Source: Leidyana gryllorum EB-2025a
Taxonomy: Eukaryota; Protista; Apicomplexa
Direction: 5' to 3'
DNA length: 64,000 nt
Assembly (NCBI GenBank): GCA_048772705.1
Contig: JBLWGC010000159.1
Location: 186,001-250,000, forward strand
Position 1 is the stretch's first letter; each line of letters begins with the position of its first letter. Below are positions 54,774 through 64,000 of the stretch, piece by piece. Both the position numbers and the translations under genes were made by a program. The notes below the pieces were generated by a model. The model had not been told where the DNA came from, searched no databases, and saw only the letters and a program-made list of their open reading frames with translations.

Positions 54774-57171
54774 ATGTGGAGAGGGGTATTCCTTCTCGGG
54801 AGTATCGCTGGAGCGGTGGCCAAGCCGGTTGTGTTACCGTTCCGAGTTCGAGCCACTCCTGCGAGGGACGCAGCCAATGTCGTGAAGAAGGCCATGTCCA
54901 ATTGGCCGCAAGAGCGGTTGACGCATCCTGATTTGATTTTGGCAGCACACGCGTTCGGGTCTGTAACGACCGAAGAGGACCCATGCGCTCCATCTCTACG
55001 GAGATGCAAATCGTACAAGAATGAGCCCATATATTCAGCTTTGGTCGAAGCTCAATTTGCCAGAGTGGTCTCCTGCCCAGAAGCCGAGCAATGTGTGAGT
55101 CATCCATCTATCTACCGTATCCAACCCGCGATGCTTTTCGCAGTGGGCCACCAGACCAATATACTCCAAACTGTCGGGTGCGCTCAGCGCTCGCGAAGTC
55201 ACGAGTGGTATTCGTCTGCTGCACATGTCGGGCCAATCCGACAAAATCACAGACAAGGCTTGGGTCAAATACTTCTCAGACTGGTTGGATTCTATGCAAA
55301 CCATCCGGGTGAGGGAGGCTTCACCATCTTCCCGCAACCAAACTCACTCTTCTTCCCTTTCTCAGGATATCCGCCAACTCACTGAAGCTGTGCAACTTGC
55401 GCACAGCGCCTTTTTGGTCTCCAAGCGGAACGAAGATCAATTGCGTTTCGCTATGAAATTAGAACGTCTGATAACCCACCCGATTGGTACAGTGAGTGTC
55501 TGCGAGGCCGAGAAAATTGACGACTTTGCCCTTCACCACCACAGCTGAACCTCATTGAGGGTAAAGAACTTGGTGCCAAAGCTGAGTTCCTCTTGGCGGC
55601 GATAGCGGCATTGAATGATATGTAAGTGGGGACCGCACCGCACCGTCTGTGATTGAAACGCAATATCGGTCGCAGTGAGCCGTCTTTCGATCAGCTTTAT
55701 GGGCTGCGGTTGGGTATCAGTTCGTTAGTAACCGATTCATTGATCAATCTCAAGCCCAAGGCCACCTCGGTCACCACGCTGAGCAAACTGGGAGCCGTAC
55801 TCTTCGTAAGCTAAAGTGTTCACCGTTTGGTTCACCGCTCCTTTACAGACCGCCGAACTGAACGGTCTCTACAGCATTGTGGCCACAAAGGATGTTTCTC
55901 AAGTGGACGTGAGTGGCTTCAGTTTTTCAGTCGTGTTGTGATATCGTTGTCATTCCCACAGTTTGTTCTGAGCACTCCTGGTCGCCGTTCGGTCTCTGAC
56001 GTGAACGTCACTCTCAGCCCGAGTTTCGCTGATACCTGGGTGAGGACTGACTCTAATAAGCGGGAGGCCTCATTGTTGCGATAATCTATCTCAATGCAGA
56101 CGTGGAACTTTGAGAGACCCTCGGCGTGGGCCGCTTCAACTACGCAGGAAGGTGTGTGGAATACCCCCACTTTGACGGTGGAGACGCCGCATGGATCCCT
56201 TACATTCGATGTGAGTCTCAAGTATAGTGAGGCTCAATATATCTGTTTGTTCAGCCTAACAATCTGCGGGCACCTCTGATAGGGTCCTGCAGTGGACTCA
56301 TGTATCACGACAATGATGGACAGTGGAAGGAGCTGAATCCTCGCGCTAGAACAGCGGACGTGACCACCAGACTCAAGGGGGACGATATGTTGGTGTGGCA
56401 GCAGCCGTGCGTCGTGAGTTAATTTATTCGCATTCTCTGTCTCTGGTGACTGAGTGCTTGTTGGTCAGACCGGTGAGGTTGATGTAGAAATAAGAGTTTG
56501 CGACATCGAGAATGATGACTGTGAAACCCGAGCAGCTCTGACAGCTCCTTTGGGCTTTCCGTTCTTGGCTCTGAGCAGAGAGAACGTAAGTGGCAATGGC
56601 GAGGAGGAGGAGTGATTGTTTGTCTCGCAGCTGAAAGGATTCGGATCAAAGATATTATACGTCCAATCTGGTGATCAGAGTCGTAGTGCTGAGTTCATGG
56701 TGATGGATCCGTTGATGACTGGTGCGAGGCCGAGTCGCATAATTGATGGCGCCGATGGCATCAGGAGGACGAGCAATGAGCTCGAGTATACCTTTCACTC
56801 TGAGCACCCTCCTACGTTCTGGCTGGGGGCTTTGGCCTTCACGGGGTTAGGGTTGGGGACTCCTCTGGCAGCGTGGGAGATCAGTCGACGACTTAGAGTG
56901 CCGGTGCTCCCTTACGTCCAAAAGCAACAAGTATTCTCTACGAGGCGACGATTGGTGATCTTCGCCGCTCTGTGCTTTTATGGCGTGGTGATGGTCCGCA
57001 GTTTGCTCCAATACTGGGTTTCGGGGAAGCTGATCCCGTATGGGACCTTCCTGGTACCGGCAGGTAAGAGGGAGGGGGCCGCGCTTTCAATTTGGATTTG
57101 TAGGGGTCGTATTCCTGATCCTATCTGTATTCGTCGGAACTGAGATTGATCGAGGGTTGAAAAGCGTTTAG
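54774..57171 (+). CDS. Hypothetical protein with signal peptide and C-terminal transmembrane helices (many small exons)
   Basis: MWRGVFLLGSIAGAVAKP signal peptide, a chain of short exons and three hydrophobic helices at the end. Could be more than one gene. Confidence 0.5.
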
Positions 57172-57206
57172 GACTTTTTTGGATGGTATGAGGTCTTAGA
57201 GATTGC

Positions 57207-58583
57207 ATGGAAATTGCTTCAAAACACACTTCGCGGCGTAACTTCCTAGGTACTATCCGAGAGGGGGTTCCTGGCCACCAAGATGACGACCTTTCGATCC
57301 CACGAGGACTGCTCTTCGAAGACATAGGCTCCACACCGCTACCAGCAGCCAGGCACTCCTATGCAGACTTTCGAAGCGTCGACCGTCCACCAAAGGACAC
57401 AATGTCCAATGAAGCGCCCGCTGCTTATAGCGTGGAGCGTCGGGGAATCCAACATAGACAGAGCAGCGGTCTGAAAAGATTGATTGAAGAACGATTGGCG
57501 GCCCGACGAGCGAAACGGACTCAAACGGCCGCGGTGGCGAGTGACGGGCGGGTACCGGTTTCGGACGAACTGATGAAGTCGGGGCCGTTTCGCGCTTTGG
57601 GCCGTCGGGCGCGTAACTGGCGGAAAGCTAATCTCCAGTCCCACGCTAAGCAATTCTGTTCAATGCAAGGTCAGCAACGCGCGGCGGCTGCCATTCCTAT
57701 GGGCGCTGATGGAGATCCAATTGAGATCACCATCGCTCTAATCCAGAGCGACGTGGTCAGCACCTCGGGGAGTGGAATTGCGAGCAGTCTGTCAAGCGCG
57801 AGTATGAGCAGCGCCATCATCGGAAGTGAGCCTCCTGAACCGGAGGGCGATGGTGGCGAGGAAGAGGATGCGCTTCCGGGCTGTATGTGCTGGCGCCGTA
57901 AACAGGAGGGACGCGGCGCCAGTACTGGTGTGGATCCCTCCGCCAGCAAGAGTGGTGCTGCTGACTCATTCATCAGCACCACAGGGACCACCAAATCCCA
58001 TCACGGGCGTCGTCACGCTCACCATCAGTATGTTTTATGCGTCAAGGCGACCGAGGGAAACGGCATCATCGGAGCCTTGGGTGGTGAAGGTAAACGGGGC
58101 AAACCAACTGATGTATATGCAGCCAAAGCGTGGCTCAAAATGCAAGTGGGAGTGTTGGTGAATGAGAAGACCCGTGGACGCTCCGCTGTTGTATTTGTGC
58201 ACAGAAATGGAGCTGTTTGTGCTCTTGATATTGACTTGCGAGCTGCGATGGTTGAATTGCGGTCTAAGATCACTGCTGGAGTACCGCCGACCGCCCCCTG
58301 CCGCGTTCCAAGAGCCGCCATTCGAGTTCGATGCCTCTTTGACTCTAGACGTCAACCTGTACTCTTCGATCATAAGCGAAATGCCATCGCCACCGCTTCC
58401 CTCCAACGGCGACGATCAGGTCTGAGAAGTCGGAACACCCAAAAGAAGCCACCCCCCCTGGACAATCTCAATCACGTTCAGGAACGCTTTCTTTCCCTTG
58501 CCTCAATGCCCCCCAATTGGTCTGGCGAGTCATTTTTGTTCTTGTACGGTCACGACAAGCACCTCAAACTCAGGGACGCATAG
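57207..58583 (+). CDS. Hypothetical protein
   Basis: 458-codon ORF; no confidently recognised domain. Confidence 0.55.
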   Translation: MEIASKHTSRRNFLGTIREGVPGHQDDDLSIPRGLLFEDIGSTPLPAARHSYADFRSVDRPPKDTMSNEAPAAYSVERRGIQHRQSSGLKRLIEERLAARRAKRTQTAAVASDGRVPVSDELMKSGPFRALGRRARNWRKANLQSHAKQFCSMQGQQRAAAAIPMGADGDPIEITIALIQSDVVSTSGSGIASSLSSASMSSAIIGSEPPEPEGDGGEEEDALPGCMCWRRKQEGRGASTGVDPSASKSGAADSFISTTGTTKSHHGRRHAHHQYVLCVKATEGNGIIGALGGEGKRGKPTDVYAAKAWLKMQVGVLVNEKTRGRSAVVFVHRNGAVCALDIDLRAAMVELRSKITAGVPPTAPCRVPRAAIRVRCLFDSRRQPVLFDHKRNAIATASLQRRRSGLRSRNTQKKPPPLDNLNHVQERFLSLASMPPNWSGESFLFLYGHDKHLKLRDA

Positions 58584-58678
58584 CCATTTTCACATCTCCA
58601 AACTGTGCTCACCGTGCCGTATATATATACATTCCTCTCCTTCCAGTGTACATATGTCCTTTTAACCTTCACTTTATT

Positions 58679-59933
58679 ATGACCACCACCACCTCAACAA
58701 CAGCCACAATTCAAGACTACGTCTTCACCCTCTTCAGAAACCGCAATTCCAAGCAGGCCTTTGGATTAGTGTCCTGCAGTCAGCATGTCCTCTTTTGGGC
58801 CCTATCAGCCGCATCCACTCTAATTGGCCCCCGTCTCCCAGATTTTGACCAAGTCGCTCGCTCGTATGACGACCCGACCAACGACACTTTTCTTCCCTGG
58901 ATACCCGTGCCCCTTCCCCCACACTCATCTTGTCCCAGTCTAAAAGAGGCACTGGTGGAATGGATTTTGTCAACTCGGACCAGTGATGGCGGTTTTGGTC
59001 CCTTACCGGGACACCCGCCTCAGCTTACCTCCACAGTTGTAAGTGCCCGCCGCGGGTTGGAATTTCCCGAATGACATGTCACTTCGTCTGACAGTACGCG
59101 TTGCGGTCGCTCCAGATGCTGGGAGCCCTCGCTGATGCTTTGGATGCCGTCTCGCTGAACGAGACGGCTGCGTGGATTGCTTCTTGTCAGAATGCGGATG
59201 GGAGTTTTGCGGGCGAAGGGCCCGGAGACATAGATGGGCGCTATTCGTATTGTGCAGTGCTAGCCTTGGAGATCATTGGAAGACTGGGGGCCGTGCACCT
59301 CAATGATGCCGTCAAGTGGATAATGCAGTGTTACAATCCTGACGGGGGGTTCGGCTGTTGGCCAGGGGCCGAGAGTCATGCGGCCTACACTTACTGCGCC
59401 ATCGCTGGTAAGTTGTGAGGATCTGGCCGCAGGCACAGTATTCATTGACACCAATTCCAGCGCTGTCCATCTTGGGCTGTACGCACTTTTTAGATCGTCA
59501 CACCACCTGTGAATGGCTCGCGAGCCGTCAGAGGATCTCTGGCGGTATGAATGGTCGCCCCGGAAAGACAGAAGACGTTTGCTATGCGTGGTGGGTATTG
59601 GCCAGCCTTAATCTGGTGGGTGAGTGTTGTATCTTTCTGTGTCGGACTGGAATATATTGAGAGAGATAGCCCCATCAGGAGGAAGTGATTTCGTCGATAA
59701 GGAGTCACTGATTCGTTTTATCAATAGCTGCACTGACAACGCCACAGGTACGATTGATTGATTGGATTTCTACAACCGAGAGAAATCCTACTAACTACAC
59801 AGGAGGCCTTAGTGATCGACCGGGCAATAATGCCGATATCTTCCATACGTTCTTCGGCTTTCTCGCTCTTCGACTCGCTCGTGAAGGTGGGACGGCCATA
59901 GATTGCGCTCGCTGTACACCACGCGAGTCCTAA
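58679..59933 (+). CDS. RABGGTB: Rab geranylgeranyltransferase (type II) beta subunit
   Basis: Prenyltransferase repeats [53 protein letters not shown] and [19 protein letters not shown]. Confidence 0.9.
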
Positions 59934-61388
59934 TCTGACTCATCTTGAACGCCCTGGGACTTTTGTTCCTCGCGCATTTGAGCCCGAGTTGCATAGGGGT
60001 CCTCATCGTCTTCTTCCACGGAAGAGGCCGGAGTACCGTACGCTTCTCCTGGAGGCGGCCTCCGTCCCGTCTGGGAGAAGGTCTCAATTTGGGCAAACCG
60101 AAGAGAAAGAAGACTTACTCTGCTGCGGGTCATCTCAAAGTTGATCAGTTGCGGTTGTTCCACGAGTGACGAGGCCATACGTTTGACAACCTGCGGATGG
60201 GCCACTCCAATCAATACAGAGAGAGGGCTTCCGGACTGGACTGGACTCACTCGAAGGACCTTTGCACCGGTTTTGGCCGAAACACAGTGGAATTGGATAC
60301 TTTGTCGGGTTCTGGTAATAAGATTGGATGGAGAAGAAAGTCTGTTATATGCCGGTCTCCCCCTCCCACTCCCACTTACGCATATCTTTCCGCCTCGAAG
60401 CGAATGCGGTTGACGGCGTTGACATCTTCTGGACGGCCCACGAGATCGTCTTTGTTCCCAACAAGGTACACTAAGGGACTTAGCAGCTCCTGAACAGCGT
60501 CGAGAGGGGGAACTTGGTGTGTGACTGACTCACTGGTCGCCTTTCGGATTGCTTCTTGATGAGCTCAAACACCTCAATAGCCTCTTTGAGACTCGGCTCG
60601 TTCAGTAGATCGAACATCACAAACATACCCATCCGTCCCTGTGTCATACCTCTGTTCTCCCACCTCTCTCTTTCGTTAAATCCACGGGGATAGTTGAACA
60701 TTGAGAACGGTTGCAATCTCTCCAACTTTTCCGGCAGTTCAACTGTGAGCAAAGTTGAGCCTGAGGGAGGGAGGGCGGGCGGGTGAGCGTCTCACGTGGA
60801 TCACTTCGAGTCATATCGATGACGCGAGCTGAGGGATGCCGGAGTTGAAGCTCTTCAAGATGGACAGCGTGGGGTGTCTCCCCGTGAGCTGTGGGCTCCA
60901 GCATCACCAACGCCCGTTCAGCTTCCACCTCAAGCTCTTCACGGATACGTCGAAAATCAGCTGGAGGGGTGTCCTCGAGCTCGACAGTGACTCGCTCTGA
61001 GGAGAGAGGCAATGAAGTTACCGAGTTTGCCATCGTGCACTAACTTCCTCTGAATTCGAGTCCAACAGGCGCAGCATCGAGATCGATCACGCGGTGATAG
61101 AAACTGTCTCATGAGTGACTGGTGAGGTATTGAGCGGCTCGCGTCTCACTCGCATTGAGTCGTAGAGGGCATATCCCAATCGATCTCAGAGTAGGCGAAC
61201 GAGTTGTTAATGAAGGCATCGATGAAACGTGTTTTGCCGACTCCACTTGCCCCGAGTATGGTGATCCGGATGGTAGGTACCGGGAGCTCAATGCCGAACT
61301 GGCCTCCTCTTGCAAAGGCGGGTTTAGTGTTGTTGTCCCCAGCCTGATTTTGTTCTTGAGTTTGCCCAACTGGGTCAATGTTTGACAT
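59930..61388 (-). CDS. Atypical Ras-superfamily small GTPase (multi-exon)
   Basis: ITILGASGVGKT (G1), ELEDTP (variant G3), MFVMFDL, YLVGNKDD (G4) and CVSAKTG (G5). Confidence 0.75.
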
Positions 61389-61392
61389 ATTA

Positions 61393-63299
61393 TTATCCAA
61401 TTAACTCAATACCCTTTCTAGAGAGGTACTGCTGTAATGCTGGCAATGTATAGACTAAGCTGCAGACTCTTGTAATTGCTGGGTATCTTTCTCGGTGCCC
61501 CACCGGCACAAAGTGGTTCTGGATAACAAACTGCCACTCGGCAGCAACGTAGACATCGATCCACGAGAGACCGTTGTCCACTATGTATCCAGCTGGGTGT
61601 TGATATTGACTGATCAGAAGCTCGAGTGTGTCGAGGAGCGGAGGGAGGCGCACTTCACTCAGCTCAGTGGCAGCTGACTGACGCAATTCCTCACTCGCTG
61701 CAGCCCAAACTCGACTTTGTTCTTGGAGTACTTTGAGGAATACACTGTGGACCTCATCGGCTCGCACCCGTCCCCTAAAGGTCGGAGGAATCAGCCCCAC
61801 ACGCTCAGCAACGTATGCAATGATACCTCTGACTTCCGGGAGGATCATGTTGTCAACTTCAAGCAGAGGGCAATGACCGGTGGGAGACTTGGCGCGATAA
61901 GTGGATTCCCACTCATCGTAAGTAAAACGTCTGTCTTCAAAGTCTACATTGCCAATGTGAAACATGAGCCGAATGGGCTCAGCTCTCGCAGGGAGATCAA
62001 AATAGTACAACACAGGTCGGCTCCCGTAATACTTATATTCATATTCTCGGACAGCTGGTATTGCTGTCACCATCTGGTAGCACTGAAAGCAAACACGTGT
62101 GTGTGAGGAGCACAAACACAATTATTGAGGCCTACCATCTTCATATGAGGGAGTTCTTGAGTCACAGGCTCTTTAAGCATTGATCCCCAGAGTTCAACCG
62201 CCAGTTTATAACCCATTGCCACAGAGAGGTCAGCGAACGACAGACGTCCTCCAACAATGTGGCCTTCGACATCTTGGTACTTGGCGCACAATGAGTCAAC
62301 GGTGGTGAGCATTCCAGGAAGCTTCGGTAGGACATTAGATATTGCAACTAGTTTCTGCGGACCGGCCACGAACATTTGAGCTGCGAGGCAGTCAAAAACG
62401 TCATCAAGAGTTTTGACAACTGCCCAGGCTCGGGCGCGATCTAATGGATCTTCGGGACTGATCCCTCCGAGTTCAGCGGCATATTGGAGAATGCCACAGC
62501 ACTCTGTATAGGATTTGCCATCGACGATGAGGATGGGAGCTCGTGCATTGGGGTCTTCCTGTTTCATCACCCTCCATTCTTCGGGTGTGATGTAGTGGTT
62601 TTCAAATGCCACACCTGCGACAGCAAAGGCCCATCGTGCGGCGTGTACTTTCCCAGGGGCTCGGAAGTGTAGTAGTTTGATGTTCTTGGGGGGCCGAGTC
62701 CTCGCCATGAAGGACGCCACCGCGGGATGCTCGTAGACTGTCTTGTGGACCTTACTCAGAGCCGGATAGGCGTCCAGAGTGGGTATGATGCCCTCAGGAG
62801 CGAGGTCGTGGACATAGACTGCAACGGCAACATCTACATAACTTATTCGTCCTTCGAGAATGTACCCTTCGGGGGACTGGTTGTCTCGTATCAAATTCTC
62901 AAGAGCACGGAGCACTCGAGGAGCAAGTTTTTGATTCGCTTGTCTTATCTTCGCAGTACGTGTCTCTCTGTCAGTGATGGAATAGAGTGCGAGGTACTGA
63001 ACACGGGCGTCACCAATTTTGCCAGTGATAGTACTGCCTTTGAGTCTCGAATCGGGACTCTGAGGCATCAGACCAGACACGTCCGCTGCGTATTGTAGGA
63101 TGGCATTAGACTGCACCAAAAGGTCACCGTCAACCTCGAGCATCGGACATTGCCCGGTGGGTGACATATTCTTATACTTTGCCTCCCATTCACAGTAGCT
63201 AATTCGCCGATCGACAAAGTCCACTCCACCTATGACAAAGGTGAGGCGAATTTGATCGGCCAAGCCCGCTGTATTGAAGTATGTGAGTACAGGCTTCAT
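61393..63299 (-). CDS. Glutathione S-transferase with three tandem GST domains
   Basis: Domains start at MKPVLTYF, IKLLHFRAPG and PVLYYFDLPARAE; a 53-nt phase-0 intron (62135-62083) joins domain 2 to domain 3 in frame. Confidence 0.85.
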
Positions 63300-63560
63300 G
63301 CTTCGCCGAGTCGTACTGCACAATGGCCTTGACAGTCCAGCGGGACATGAGCTTATTGGATATGTCCCAAGACTGGGACATTCCGTTTGAATTTCGGGTT
63401 CGGACTCGGTACGAATCGAACTCATATGTACATATAGGTCAAGGTTTTTTTGGCCTCCGACTGACGGTGACAAGTGAAACTAACGAACAAACTGTGATAG
63501 AATCAGTGCATCAAGTGTAGTTCACAGAAAGATTTGATAACAATGTACTACGAAAAACAA

Positions 63561-64000
63561 TCAGTTGACTACCTTTGATTTCACGAGCGAACAGACTTTG
63601 TTCAGGTTCGGATAGATTTCTTGATGGTTCTCCCCGACCAGTCGCTTGGAGACCAATGCAGCGTACTCGGAACCAATGTAAACATCAACGTAAGTGAGCT
63701 GATTGTTCACCAAGTACCCAGCAGGGTGCTGAGTGGACCCAATAACCTTCTCTACCATGGCCAAGACCGAGGGAACTCTTTCTTCCCTCATTTCCTTGGC
63801 TTTCGTCCCGTACTCGGCGCTGTTCGGATCGATATCGTTCAGAACAGCGATCTCATTTGTAACCTTCGACCAAGTGCTATAGATCATTTCAGCCTGAGCC
63901 CTTCCAAGATAGATAGGTGGGATAAGACTCGCGCGTTCCGCAGCGTACGTCAAACAGCCTCTGACACCTCCAATGAGATGACCATCCACCTCCATGTAAG
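63561..64000 (-). CDS. Glutathione S-transferase paralogue (5' part outside window)
   Basis: MEVDG..., QHPAGYLVNNQLTYVDV and YPNL; closest to domain 3 of the neighbouring gene. Confidence 0.85.
   Translation of the reverse strand, partial: YMEVDGHLIGGVRGCLTYAAERASLIPPIYLGRAQAEMIYSTWSKVTNEIAVLNDIDPNSAEYGTKAKEMREERVPSVLAMVEKVIGSTQHPAGYLVNNQLTYVDVYIGSEYAALVSKRLVGENHQEIYPNLNKVCSLVKSKVVN

Noticed and set aside
57990-58583. Tubby-like resemblance (PRAAIRV...LASMPPNWS)
   Set aside because: The diagnostic LNFxGRV...SxKNFQ block could not be found in any downstream frame.
53541-61388. Apparent prenylation cluster (CPBP protease, Rab GGTase beta, small GTPase)
   Set aside because: The GTPase has no prenylation motif and unrelated genes intervene; likely coincidence.

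Overview
A very compact, intron-containing eukaryotic genome segment with about 32 protein-coding genes and mostly 40-55 nt GT-AG introns. I found no rRNA, tRNA, CRISPR array or transposon. The gene content points to an apicomplexan-lineage alveolate, possibly gregarine-like (inference from an MLC1/MTIP-type myosin light chain, a glycogen phosphorylase with an RKASFSKL leader and Mei2-like RRM proteins). Recognisable genes: DHHC palmitoyltransferase, TBC+TLDc protein, acyltransferase-3, CCCH-like zinc finger, Kelch protein, SERCA, NAD(P) transhydrogenase, Med21-like, KH+LOTUS protein, myosin light chain, two Mei2-like paralogues, GNL3/Nug1 GTPase, S1/P1 nuclease, HAD phosphatase, glycogen phosphorylase, RING-PHD protein, CPBP protease, Rab GGTase beta, an atypical small GTPase and GSTs. 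Most notable: (1) a spliced antisense gene fills a 1951-nt SERCA intron and its stop codon lies just inside the SERCA exon; (2) extreme packing, with divergent ATGs 16-33 nt apart, interlocked stop codons and a 0-nt stop-to-start junction; (3) a three-domain GST polyprotein; (4) a KH-LOTUS gene near two Mei2-like genes; (5) the rare long introns are self-complementary, and one carries a candidate poison exon. All exon structures were reconstructed by eye and need RNA confirmation.
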